From contig JBHGNT010000001.1 of assembly GCA_043228905.1 (NCBI GenBank), forward strand, positions 6,882,001-6,946,000: a DNA stretch of 64,000 nt, written 5' to 3'. Position numbers and translations under genes: made by a program. The first letter of the stretch is position 1, and the number at the start of each line of letters is the position of its first letter. The notes below the pieces were generated by a model, which was given only the letters and a program-made list of their open reading frames with translations, was not told the origin of the DNA and made no database searches. Shown piece by piece: positions 14,283 to 27,421 of the stretch. This DNA comes from Azolla caroliniana. Taxonomy: Eukaryota > Plantae > Polypodiophyta.

Positions 14283-15399
14283 AAAACGATGTCAAGGGAT
14301 GGCACCATGGAATCCAATACCAAGTATTTGGCTGCAATCATCTCAACAAGTCTGTACCATGCAGGGTTTCAGGTTTTCTAGGGTAGCTTAGGATGTTTTG
14401 GGAGAGAGAATGGTGTTTTAGGGTTTAGTGGAGGGTTAGCGATTCCTAGGGTTAGATTGTGATTACTGATAGGGTTTAGGATTTAAACCTAGCTAATGAC
14501 TACTTGCTTGAAGCTCGATTGCATTCGACTCCGAGACATTATGGCCCTAATTCGATATTTGTCGAAGCCACTCTGGACAGAACCAAGGAATGTATCCCCC
14601 CCTCCCCCAAACCCCAAACCCTAAACAAAACAAAACAAAAAAACCCAACCATCCTTGAGCTTCGCCATCTCATCGATGTCAAGGCTTAGTTGTGATGATC
14701 TTCTTCGGAGGTTCCGAAACATACCAATGAAACTGAACACCGTTGCTCTGATTCTCGGTCTCAATTGATGACCTTAGATACTCTTCGTGTTCCTGAATCG
14801 TGGTCATCTCTTCGATGTTCTGGCCATAATTTGTGATCATCGCCATCAAGACATTTTCTTGTAACCACCAAGGCCCCCATTCTCTCAGACACTAACATGT
14901 GTGTATGTATCTGAGCTCCCCTTGCTTGTATCATGAAATTCCTTCTTGAAGACCTTGTTGAATTTTTTTTGAATTTTACATCAAAGAGTTTCATTACATA
15001 ACTGCTAAGCTTCCTAGTCATGGGTGCTTGGTATTTGCTTGGAATGTCAATTCATATGAGCTTTTGAAGTCAAGGAAAGACACCAATTTTCTTTTAGTTT
15101 GGCGTATGTTGTCTCCCAAATGTTGTTGCTATTTAATCTACTGAACCTAGTTAAGTTGCATCATATGGTATGTATCAAGAATTGTTAAACTCTAGATTGC
15201 CATTAGAGAAGCCTTGCATTATTACAAGCTTTAGCTAATGATCATATCATGCGTCTATACGTGATAACATTTCAAGGCTGAGGAGATGCGAGAATTTGTT
15301 GTTGTTGCTTCAGGGCTGAATATTAACTTTCGTGAATTTGTTCTCGTTTCATGTATTGATTGAGATATAAAAGAACATAATCAATGTATTGACAGAGAT

Positions 15400-17047
15400 A
15401 TAAAGGAACTTGGGTGGTGAGGGTGGATAGTGAATCATGTGGGGATTTGTTGATATCTAGGCTATCCAATTGGGATGGAGGTTTCACATGTTTAGCTTAT
15501 TAATTGGGTGTTCAAAAGGCTTGAAGAGAAGTTTATGTATTGGTGGTCCCAATCTTGGTCTTTTCATGTAAACCTAAGGTGGTGGAATTTATTATTATAC
15601 CCATGGTTCCTTGTTATCTCATGTTATTGCCATGGTCAAAGAAGACTATTGAGAACGTGACTGTAATTTAATGCCGTAGTTGTTTCTATAGAGAAACGGG
15701 AAATGTAGTATTTCTTGGTTCCCATGGAATCATAATTTTATTCCTAAACGACTTGACATAGTGACGAAATTGAATTTATATGATCACACAATGGCTTGGA
15801 GGGTTTCTTTGCTTAGATTTCTATTTCAAGTGTACAAGCTTGAATGTAAATGGTGTTGTATGTCTTGGATATATTGGCATCACGCTAAGAAATATGAAAG
15901 TTGAGACAAGTTGGTGGAATGTTATGATTTCCAATTTAACTATGAAGTGTCAAGAGTCTTTGATAGTTAATCAATTAGTGACAAGTTGGTAGAGTGTGCT
16001 GGATTTTATACATTATTGTCCAGAGGGCATGTGTGTTGATTCTTTACAAATGAAGGTTTTGACCACACCTTTCATCTTTGCTTTAATCAAATGGCAAGGA
16101 TCGATTATATTGTAGGATTCCATATTGGTCACACAAAAATGATTGATGGATATTCAGAGGGTATATGCATATTTGGGAAAAGTTGTCGGGTTTCTTAGTA
16201 TTGCAAGGTTCATACCAATATTTGGATGAAGAACCAAAAGAGTTTGATGGGAAATTTGTTGAGAATAGGGGCCTTGTCAAAATGTTGAGAAATGATGTTT
16301 ACTATCACATAGTTGGGAGACCTGTGTGGATGGAGGAAAAAATTGTAAAAATTTGGGGATTCTCAAAGCCTATATCTTGGTGACATCACGTGATTGAGAT
16401 GGTTGGAAATCTTGATTAACATCGAGAGCCAATGTATTCATTGGAAAGATTATGGTGGGGCTGGCCTTAGGGAGATGATGCATTACGCCAAAGAAGAATT
16501 GTGAATGAAATGGTGTTTTTTTGCTTAGTCAAAGTGGAGATTGGTAAGCATGGATTTGTTTTTTGTCCAATAACAAAGAATAAGTAATCAATGCAATGTG
16601 GATGTTTTTGAACTAGAGTAGTAAGATATCCATTCAATTGGGAATTTGCATGTGGAATTGATTGAAGAGATGTCCCACATTCAAGTTATTTTGGAGTACT
16701 TATGGGATTGGGGGCTATGGTTCAAGTGGAGTAGGAGATTTGCTTTTAGTATTGGTTGACAAGCTGGGGTGAAGAAATATGTTTCATGATGAAAAGTATT
16801 CTTCCATGGCAAAATATAGTGTTGGAAAAGTAGAGGAATCTACCATATGAAGAGTGACAATTATGTAGATGACAAATCATCATGTTTGTCATCTAAATTG
16901 GTATGTGGGTTGGGTTTGAGCACTTCATATTTGAATCCTATACAAATCAAATGTTGGTTGTAAGTTAGTTTTCTCGTTGTGGATCCAAAATCCATTGTAA
17001 GTTTGTCAGAGTGGTGTTTTTTCTTTTGTAATGAAAGCTATTAATTG
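15400..17047 (+). mobile_element. Decayed 5'-truncated LINE (RT C-terminus / zf-RVT region)
   Basis: GIC.YLGYPIG-type motif at ~15440-15475 with many stops. The 3' part is homologous to the minus-strand LINE at 35.8-36.8 kb (e.g. tatgggattgggggctatggttcaa; gtggtgttttttctttt). Confidence 0.75.
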
Positions 17048-17300
17048 AGAGAGAGAGAATACAATGGAGATCGGGAGGTCATGGGTTCAACCCCTACATT
17101 CCACAGTGGCATCTAGTGAATTAAAAGAGATATGTATGAAGTATGTAATAGAGAGGTGAGATAATTGGGTTTTGAACCCAAGATATAGTGAGTGTAACAA
17201 CTTAGCACTAGGGTAAGATATTAGAGAGACATACTTAAACCATTTTTTATGTTGTGGCTTCCAAAATTACCTTTTTTAATGATACCAATTCATCATAGTT
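17048..17300. repeat. Dispersed short repeat beginning with (GA)n; second copy at ~57218-57495
   Basis: Shared blocks caatgga...gtcatg.gtt.aa..cctacatt.c.ca.tggcatctagt and caaaattac...attcatca at both loci. Confidence 0.55.
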
Positions 17301-19154
17301 GTGTGTGCATACAATGTTGTTTGTTTATAGATCATATTCTAATGTGCAATAATTTGTTGAAGACCGTTTTGCATAGTAATATCTAAAGAACTAATATTGT
17401 TACAAAAAATGCTCGACTTGTGATCATCAAAGAAGGGGACATATGGGAGTCTAAGAGCTCCAAAATTGTTAACAACTTAATCATGGGTATTTCCCAAATT
17501 GCAATGAATAAGGAAGTTGACAAGTTGAATTTAGCCATTCAATGAAGAAAATATCGGTTGGTTTGAAGTTTCACATAATAGGTAAAGATTTGAACTACAT
17601 GACAAAGTTCTCGATTTGTTAAAGACATTGCCGCATGAGCCAAAATGTAATCTAGATATACATGGAAAACAAGAACAAACACCTCATAGTGTTCATTGTA
17701 AGTACACAACCACTTAGGAAGGTGAAGATTCCATGTATCTATCTTTGAGGAAGAAAACGCTTATCCAAGGTGAAGAGTAATGCAAGGATCAATGTAGTCC
17801 CAATGCAACATTTGTACATGGTAATCAAGTATGGAAGGTTGAAACTTGAGTCAAGGTCATATTCACTGGTATTTATATTCTATGTTATTTATAAAGTGGA
17901 CGTAGATAAACCGATCAAAGGAAAGCTTTCATTATATACATAGTGTTTATGAGTGTTATGTCATGTTTGACATGTGCTATGCTTTGAAACAAAACCTACT
18001 TGTTTCAACAAGAGCCAATTCTATGATATAAATAATTGATGATACTCCTCCTCAAAATGGCTCGGGCTCTCTAAAAAATTTGATAACTCTAACACGACAA
18101 AGTAAAATTGCCTAGCCGAAAATGAAAGGGAGAGAGATGGAACAAAAATCGACCAAAATTTAACAGAGAATGGGGGCATCCCCGATTGGTCGATACATAA
18201 GTACACACACACACGTGCGCCGCGGGGAGGGTGAGAAGATGGAGGCCGAAGGATGGAAATGGCGGACACACCAGACATGAAGACTATTTGTATATCTAAT
18301 CCGAAACAAAGAGATTAAGGAGAGAGAGAGAAAGAAAGAAAGAAATATTATCGTCGTGTAAGACCAAAATTGGCCCATGAGACAATTGGTTTACAACAAA
18401 AATGGGGTATTTACCGATTCATCGAAAGTAAAAGAGAGAGAGAGAGAGGCACACACAAACACACACATGTGCACGGTTTTGGTAAACCCTAAAACTCATT
18501 GTACATATAAAATACTTGTTTACATAATAAGCCATCGTATGTATGTATGTATGCGTATGTGTATGTTTTATTTACGTCTTCTACGTGAGTGTATGTGCAT
18601 GTTTTATGTCTTCTACGGGAGATCCAAAGTAACCGTTCTATAAAACATAGAGAAGGCATTTCAAACTGCGTATGCGCTCTCATACCACCACATACGGTCC
18701 CCACCGTATATACGGTCTCGTACATACGCTTTCTCTCTCGCTGCAAGGTTTGACTGTCTTCTTCTTCGTCGTCCTCCCCTTCGCTAAAACCCTAAAAAAA
18801 CACAGGCAGGCAGGCAGATAGACAAACAGACAAACAGACAGACGCACAAAGAAGCGAGCTTCCCCATAACCATCCCTTCAATTTCTTTCAGATCTTTGTT
18901 CTTTCGATCGTCTCTGTTTGTTTCAAGATCTCATTTTTGTGTAGCGTGTCCTTCTCTTTTCCACTCTGACGCGGAGCACCGAGAGAAAAGCTTCTTCTTC
19001 TTCTCCGATATGTTCTGCTCGTATATTTTTACGAGAGAAATTAGGGTTTCTGAGACTGCTAATTTTTTTCACTGCAGTAAGATTTGGGCATGATCGACAC
19101 AGGCTTCTAGAGCAGAAGAAGTTCTTCATTGAAGCCGTTTTCGTCTATTTCAAC

Positions 19155-19402
19155 AAACCCTAATTTGGCAGGTGAGTCCACTGAAGCGAACCCTTTGACA
19201 GGGAACCTTAATTTGACAGAAAAACCTACGTTGACAGAAAAAACCCTAATTTGATAGGTGTGAGAAATGCGACCAAACTTAATTAGACAGGAAAACCTAA
19301 GACCTAATTTAACAGGAAATCCTAACGTGACAGGGATCCTTAATTTCGATTTACCTTTAATTTGACAGGTGAGATTTCTGCAGGAAACCCTACTTTCACA
19401 GG
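19155..19402 (+). repeat. ~18-bp degenerate minisatellite (AAACCCTAATTTGACAGG) in the probable 5' leader/intron of the EPL1-like gene
   Basis: About ten variant copies are visible, each with a telo-box-like core. Confidence 0.7.
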
Positions 19403-19925
19403 ATAAGGCACAAATATGTCGTCAATTTTCAGCGTTAATTTATATACACTCTGTATTGATCGTTGGTAACTATCATAAAAAACAAGAAGAGTATCTGGGA
19501 AGTATCTTTAGCAATTACATCATACATAGGATAAGAAAGCTGAAGAATACAAAATTCAAAAGTTGTGAAGGATAGATTAAGCAAGTTGAATGAGAGATGG
19601 TAGCATTCTAAACCAGTGGATGGACTGGGTGTACAATTCTATGGAAGTTGAAAGAATTCTAAGAAAGCTGAAGGATAATAAGTGAAGGGTAGATCATAGA
19701 ACTGGGAGCGAGTCGAAAAAATTCAAAAAAGTTTGAAAGAATCAAAAAAAAGTTGAAGGGTTGATCGTAGAACTCCAAAAGTGGGAAATTGTGAAGAAGG
19801 AAATAATTCTGAATTTGTGTGGTGCTTTTACTCAACAATAAGAAGAAGACTGTGATTGGGTGGTGTGGTAATGAATGATGGGATTAGGTCAGACACGATC
19901 AGCCTTTGCAGGGTAATGAGAGGAT

Positions 19926-22900
19926 ATGAGTAGGCCATTTAGGCCCCGGCCGTTGGATATTCACAAAAAACTCCCCATTGTAAAGTCCGTGAAGGATTTG
20001 GATATTGATGAAGCGGCGGCGGTTTCACGGGCATCGTTCAACAGCAATGTTGTTGCCTATTCTGATATCGAATCAGTAAGTACAGTCATTTTGATTAGTA
20101 ATATGTAAAGATTAAGGTTTTTTCACTAGGAGACCCAATCAGTAGGTTTGAGGAATGGTCCAGTAACGACATTTTATTAAATGTTTAAGATAAATATTGC
20201 TGTTTTCTAGGACCCTAAACTTGGAGCTAAGCACCATTTAATCATAGTTAACAAACAAACAAACTAGGTATGCGAAAGAGAATTATTTTCCTCCCAATTG
20301 CATACCTCCCAATCAGTTGGTGTCAGAGATGGGCAGATAAAGATGGTTACTTGCTCATTTAATGGAAATAGATATCATTATCAATAAATCAACATGGGAA
20401 TGCTAGAAATAAGAAGAAGAAGAAGAAGAGAAAGAAAAGATATATTAATGTCTCTAGAGAGAATGACTTACTGTGTCCAAATGCCTCCCAAATGCAGTTT
20501 TAATCAGATATCTTGAAGGGAATTTGCATCCTGCATTACACTGACATGCTGTATAATTAATGTGTTGTAGCTATACTAGACTCAAACCAGTAAGTTTTCA
20601 CGGCCTTTGAGCATTAAAATTAAGAAATCCTGAAGGCTCTCAGAGTATTAATGAGTGGTGAACCTTTTATCTCATGAAATCCTAAGGGGTGGAAATATTG
20701 GGCGAATCTTTCAAACTTCCATACTTCCATGTCTTTGAGATAATTTTCAGGAATATTATTAATATTTTTTTCAATCTTCCCGATATTGGGATTTTGTTTA
20801 TTAATATGGAAGGTTGAAATATTGGGCCAATCTTTCAACCTTCCATTCATTCAACTCATTTTCTAAATTGTTGTAAAATTTGGGTAATCTTCCATCTAGT
20901 TGCATTTGTTTTCATGAGCTGCATTTGAATTATTATTTCTTATATGTATGGTACAATGTTCACTTTTTTGTAGGCCCAGCCAACTCCGGCAAAACGTAAA
21001 GCTGGAGAAATCCCTACACCACAATATATTGTGGCGGAATCATATGAAAGAGACTATCAAAGAAACTTTGTGCAACCTTCCTCATATGTTCGTGGTCGGG
21101 GATGTATGTAATCTTAGCTCTAAGGTCCTATTAAGTTGGGACTTTGTGCAATGTATTAGCAGATCGTGGCAGTTTTCTTTGACAATATCTGTTTTTTTGT
21201 GTATGTATTCTACAGCAAGGGCTGATACCACTGAATTTGTGGAGTATGATCTTGACAATGATGATGATGATTGGTTGGTGATGTACAATAAAGAGGAAAC
21301 CATTTTGTCCCCTGAGAGGTACGCCTTTTAAACAAGAGCTGGTTTATTTCTTTCTAAGGTACTTTATCTGGTTTGAGGGAGTGGTAATAGACATATGATG
21401 CATGGCTGTACTTGTCTTTTGGGGTGGTAGTCTTAAGATTTAGAATCTAAGCCACTCAATCAAGTTACCATTGCAAGGTAGAATCAAATAGGATTTTAAC
21501 ACATCAGATAACTCGAATTTAATATGGTTTGACACATTGGCAAGCCAGAGATACAATAGGATTTTCACAACTGAGAAATATTTTGAATACAGTGATGTGG
21601 AAGTTGGATAATGTTTTGTAAATGACTGATCATCAATGGAGACATACATTGTGCAAGAATGTGATGTTCAGCACCAAAATTTAAGTTATTTGAATTTAAT
21701 GCTTCTAGTTCTCTCTATTGTTGTTTCTGTTTCCTGTAGTCTAGAATGGTGCAAATGGCATTGGCATATCATCCGTCACATCTAGTCATATAATCTTTGA
21801 GAGAAAAATGTATTTATTTCAATTTGTTTCTTGGACGTGTGTTCAGTAATTGCACAAATATTGTTGTAGTGATGCATGCAGTTGTTTTAGATGTAAGATG
21901 CTAGTGTGTATATGACATGGCAGTCTTTAACCTTTTGGAGGATGAAATCTTCAGTATTAGATTCAATATGGGAAACAATTTTTTTTTTTTGTAAAACATT
22001 TTCCTACGTTTAGCTGTGCTGCTCTCCAAAATTTATCTTTTGATATTGACTAATATTAAAATCCTTAATCATTGGCTTCTCACTGCTTTATAAATTTACC
22101 TGTAGTGTAAACACACTTGACATTGTTAGTTGAAACTACCTTCTTTCTGTTAAGTGTAGCTCCTTTTAAGCTACACATACTCGGGGCCAGAACAACTGCT
22201 GGTCATTTCCAGATTGCACAACATAATTTTGAGTTTAAATCTGAAAAGAGTGACAAAGAATTTCATAATTGAGACTCAATAAATTCCTCTGGGAGAAGCT
22301 TCTGAAACCAGACCATTGGATTGATAACAAAGTATTTAATCCTACAGCCATCAGCTCTTGCAGTGAATGATCTGTTGGAGATTATTTGTTTTCTTCAGGC
22401 AATGTTTAATTTTTCTTATATGTTGAAAATGATCTGGGGCATACACTGCATATACAGTGATATGCAATGCAATAAGATTCTGCACCCTGGTTAAATGGGA
22501 ATAACATGTGTATATGAGATGCAGCCTGCAGTTTGGTATTATTTTTGGCCTGCTGATTTTCTTTTGCCATTTACCAATGACAACCATATGTAGGGTGTCG
22601 TCTAGGTGTCAATTTTCCTCATCATTTACTGTTATGCTCTTACCTCAATGAATGTTTGTAAGACCTTTTAAACTTTGCCAGCAATACACGAGAAAATGTC
22701 CAATTAGATATTGAACAGATAATGCAAAAACAATTCAATATAAGATGTCAATGAATGTGTTGTTAAAATTTTGACCTTGACTCAGAATCTGATTGCCGAG
22801 CTAGTGAAGATGTTAATGAATGTGCTGTTAAGCCAGTATAATGTCCTTATGTTCATCATATGCAAGGGGCTATTACCCCAATAGTGGTGTTTCTCCTGCA

Positions 22901-25900
22901 TTGCAAACAAATGTTAAGGACAAGGAGTTTATCCGAATTTATAGGGTAGATGATAAATCATCGTAAGATGTAATTGTTACTGGGGTTTCATTGGCCACTT
23001 TTGTCCTCTCAGAGAGGTTAATTACCTTTCACTCATCCAGTAAAGCTTAGATATACTTTATGCAGATCAGTGGTATGACACCCATCCAAGTTTTAATTTT
23101 GATAAATTTACCATGCTTCTCAGTAAGGATGCTAAGTTTTCTGCCTCATACCTTTCGATGACTGCATGGACATTGACCATTTCCTGCTCATTGCATATTC
23201 TCCTTTGCAAAGCTTTGCCATTATTATTATTGTAGACATTTGATGACTCCGTACAAAATTTTGTACATACATGCAACATATAGACAGCAATGCATTTGTG
23301 TCTCGTATGTTCTCTCGGGGATTACCCACTTGTGATATATGATATATCTTGTATGTGTCTGTGACTAAGAGTTTGAATGTAGATAAATTATAAACTGTTT
23401 GGGTATAGCATATCTATATATAGTAATAATACAAACACTCTTAAATATATTGATAAATACTAACATTTATAAAAAAATGTATGGGTATGGCATAGGTATT
23501 GTAAAAACCCATTGAATGTTTTTGATATAGCGGTGTACTGAATTTTTTTCAAAACTGGAGAAATAGTATTTATGACTGGTATGTATTGTTTATTTTGTTT
23601 TGACACAGTTTTGAATGGATGTTGTATAAACTGGAGCTTCTTGATTATAAAGCTCGAGAACGAGCTGGAGCAGTACCAGCTGTGTATGGCGTGCCTGTGC
23701 CTGTATTTCTCCAGGAAGAAGCTGCATCTGAAGTATTTTGGCTGTCTTTTCTCTCATGTTTTTAGCTATTTGATGGTTTCAGGCAATACAATTTGATTAC
23801 AAAAACTGAAAAAACAATTGTTTTCTTTCTTAACTAGATTTTGCGATCACAATCATCTACAACAATTCCTGCAGCTGTTTTTGACTACTGGAAGACAAAG
23901 GTAAAGGTGCCTTGGGTTTTTCCGTATGTGATTATAGAATTTGTTTTTCACTTTTAAATGTATGTATTTATTTGAGTTAATGTTCTGTTTGGGGAAAATA
24001 TTCAATAACGTAGAGGGAGCAATGGCAGAAGCCAATTCTCCGGCGATTACAGGTTATTATTTTATTCTGTGTAGAATTGTCAGTGTTTCTTCAATTCTTA
24101 TTGCTCTCTTAATTTGTTTTCATTATGATTTTTTGTAGCCACCACCACCAGTGAATGATACAAACCCATTCAATGTTTTCAGACCTAGAGAAAAGATGCA
24201 CCGGCCACATACTCGAAGGGTGAGTTATATAACATTGCATCAATGAACGGTTCTCTATTAGGTCATCTTATAGGCTTTTTTCAGCTCCTAATGATACATT
24301 TGACCATGTATACTCACACCCTATGCATGTGACAATTGGTAATGGTAAGTTCTCGGTAGACTGCAGAATTTGCTTCCTTAAATTGTTCATGTATTTTCTA
24401 TCAATTAAGTAACTATGAACAGTATAATCTGTATATCTTGATTGTAATTTGTGCCACATACATGGAAATTGCATTCTAACACAGTTCTTTCTTCAATGAA
24501 CAGACACAAAGACGTGAGAATGATGTCGTGTCATTTGAAAAGTTGCGTCAGGTATGAATTTGTGATTCTATCAATAATGAGGTTATGTTTTTTGTATCAT
24601 AAAAGCATGAGAGGTTTTAGGGTGTCAAGCAGGGTATATATGGTCATACACCATTTATGTGGTGTTTACAGGACTTCCATATGGACACTATTTTCTGCTA
24701 TGTAACTATCTATGGGGACTTTTGATGCATTTTAATAATATATAGAGTTAATTTACCAGGTTCATTGTAACCTGGAGCAAGCAAGGCTGCTACTCGAAAC
24801 ATTACAAAAGGTATTTAGCCTTTCCTACACATTTCTTTGTAATGTCTATCTCTTTTCTGATTTAAAATTGTAGTGCTACTCTTTAATGCAGAATATGCTA
24901 GCTAAATTCATAATTATTTATAGAGACAGTTTCTTTAAAACACATCTTTATGATTGCAAGGTGGAATATCCCATTATTATTTGATATATGAGGGCTTAGG
25001 ATACTTGAATTTCTCAGCCAATGCATATAATTTATAAGTGGGCTGATATCTGAAGTTTAGAGTATCTTTTTGGGAAAACTGTGCATGGATTATAACATGG
25101 TAATCTGATGATCAAGTCATGAAAGTCATTTGATGTCCAATTTGTCAGAACTCAAGTTCATTAGAGATTAGTTGAGTAAAAAAAGTTACTCATTATTATA
25201 AACTAATCTGGATCAGTAATAAGGTTATTAGGTGGGCTTAAGGTCCTTTCATGGATCTTATACTTTTATATCAACATGCAATACCGAGGTCATGTCCTGT
25301 TGAAGTTTTGAATGTTAAATAAGTGTTTCAAATTAGCACTGTAAGTACTGGCTGGTTTTTGACTGACATTCAGAAAATGCTTTCATGTGTGGGTGTTATT
25401 AACATCTCAGTTTTGTAGTTCCACTAATGATTTACTTTGTGAATACATTTAATGTTTTTTCAGAGGGAGGAAAAGAAGAGGAATCTTTTGGAATGTGAAG
25501 TGAACTTACAAAGAATGCGGATAATGTTAAAGGTGAGTCTCATTATTGATTTCTTTAAATTTTTACAAGCTTAGAATAAAACTTAAAAGATTCCAAACTT
25601 CAATACTTGAAACCTTTCAGATTTTGTTTCCCTTTTCCTATTTTCGTTGTATTTTTAGAGTGTTGTCTCAAATTCATGGGTTTGTTTTATTAAAGTTGTA
25701 AGTGATATTTCTAGAACTCTTGTTTGAATTTGTTGGGTACACAGCATGATGCGGAGGTTGAAGATGAACTGGTTATGGGCGAGAGCACGCCAACCACTCC
25801 ATTCTCATGTAAATATAACCGATGCAAGTTCTCCTTTTTTTAGAAAGAAGCATTAGATACCCCTAGAAAATTACCACAGTAATCCCCCTTAGGGTGGTGA

Positions 25901-27421
25901 AAGTTTGTGTTAGGTGGTATTATGATGATTCTGTACTAGTGAATACTGTGGTAAATTTCCAAAAAGCTAAGGGGTATGTTGATGTTTTGCTTTATTATTA
26001 TTTTTGTAGAAAATTACTATAGTATGATCTAACTGTGGGCTATTTTGGTCAATTTCCAAAACTAGGGGTACTGTGGTATTTTTTCTATATTTATTTTATT
26101 CATGGCTTTTTACTATTCGGGGTGATGGTCAGTGATGCTAGACCAAGGGGAGACAGCAAAATGCACATGGAAAAGGCGGCGCGCACATTTTCAGGCTCGT
26201 GGGCGGCCTTCAAAGCGGGTGAGACAATATTTTATTTGGTTTCAGGTCATGCTTCTTGCTTGGTTCTAAATGTGTATTTTATGAAAATCCACAATTTGTT
26301 TTTTTGTAATTTATGTTGTCGTTGGTTTCAATTCAGCTTTCATTACAATTTAAGATTTGTTTTTTCTAGTCAAGATGCCCCACTCTCTGTTGAGTGTGTT
26401 TTGCTAAAATACCACTCATTGTTTTCTGTAATTGCTAAAATGCCACACAGTTTTACCATTTTTTATCATCACCGGAATACCACACCTATTTGCCAAAACA
26501 TGAAGGATCTGAGAGCTTCATTAAGTAATGTTGCTAATTAGCTATATCTCTTCTATAATTGTCAGAATGCCTCAGTTTTGTTTAAAACATGAAGAATCAA
26601 ACCCCTTAATTAAATAATGATGCTAATTAGGCTAGGGAATACCAATTAATGCAGAATTAGAGCAATAATTATGTAAATATGTTAATTGAATAATATATAT
26701 TAAGTAACTAATAGATAGATCTCTCAACAAAAACAAAATGTCGTACTATTTGGAAAGTAGCAATTTTTTCATTAATCAAGGAAAAAGTACATTCTGACAA
26801 TTACAAGAAAGGTAAAACTTCAAGTACCCTGGGTATCTGTAAAAATACCCTAGGTTTAAAAAACAAACGACCAGTATACCCTTATGTAGTTCAGATTTTG
26901 GAAGCTTGGCGGGTATCCAGGTAAATATCCTAGAATTTTGTAGAAAGACAGGCATTTTGCTCTACAAGAAAATGACAATTTGATAAAAAGGAACAAAATG
27001 TCCTAGAATTTAATGTCACGGACGATTGCTGATCTCTGATTTTTCAACTCAGATCACAACAGTTGCAGAATCACTGGAGCCTGTGTTTCTATTTGTGAAA
27101 CCAATTGACCCTGAGAAGCTATTGGCAGCTGGGATTGTGCCACCTCTGAACACTCTGGTTTCAAATGGTGCAAATGACAGTTCAAATGGCATAGATGATA
27201 CTTCTTCTGTGCCACCTTATCGGATCCAAGGCCGAATAGGTAGAGGTGGCCGTCTGGTTTTTGACCGTTGGAATCCTCTTACACGGACACCCATCGGTTA
27301 TAATCATATTTCAAAATTTCCTGGTGAAATCTCATCGTCGATGAGATCCCATCCCCCTCCTCCTAGGTTAAATGTGGAAAAAAAGAGTGCTGATACTTCA
27401 GATTTAGCTACTATTGGGTAA
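19926..27421 (+). CDS. EPL1: Enhancer of polycomb-like protein (NuA4/Piccolo subunit), 13 coding exons: 19926-20075, 20974-21103, 21216-21318, 23609-23732, 23838-23900, ~24014-24052, 24139-24219, 24504-24551, 24760-24810, 25464-25532, 25745-25808, 26133-26218, 27053-27421
   Basis: FRPRPLDIHKKLP, EIPTPQ, YERDY, VEYDLDNDDDDW, FDYWKTKREQWQKPILRRLQPPPPVNDTNPFNVFRPREK, REEKKR and GRIGRGGRLVFDRW. In-frame GT-AG junctions. Confidence 0.92.

Noticed and set aside
17070-17100. tRNA gene (GGTCATGGGTTCAACCCC, B-box-like)
   Set aside because: No cloverleaf or A-box. At most part of a SINE-like dispersed repeat.
26035-26541. 168-aa ORF inside the EPL1 gene
   Set aside because: Mostly intronic. The real exon (26133-26218) is read in a different frame.
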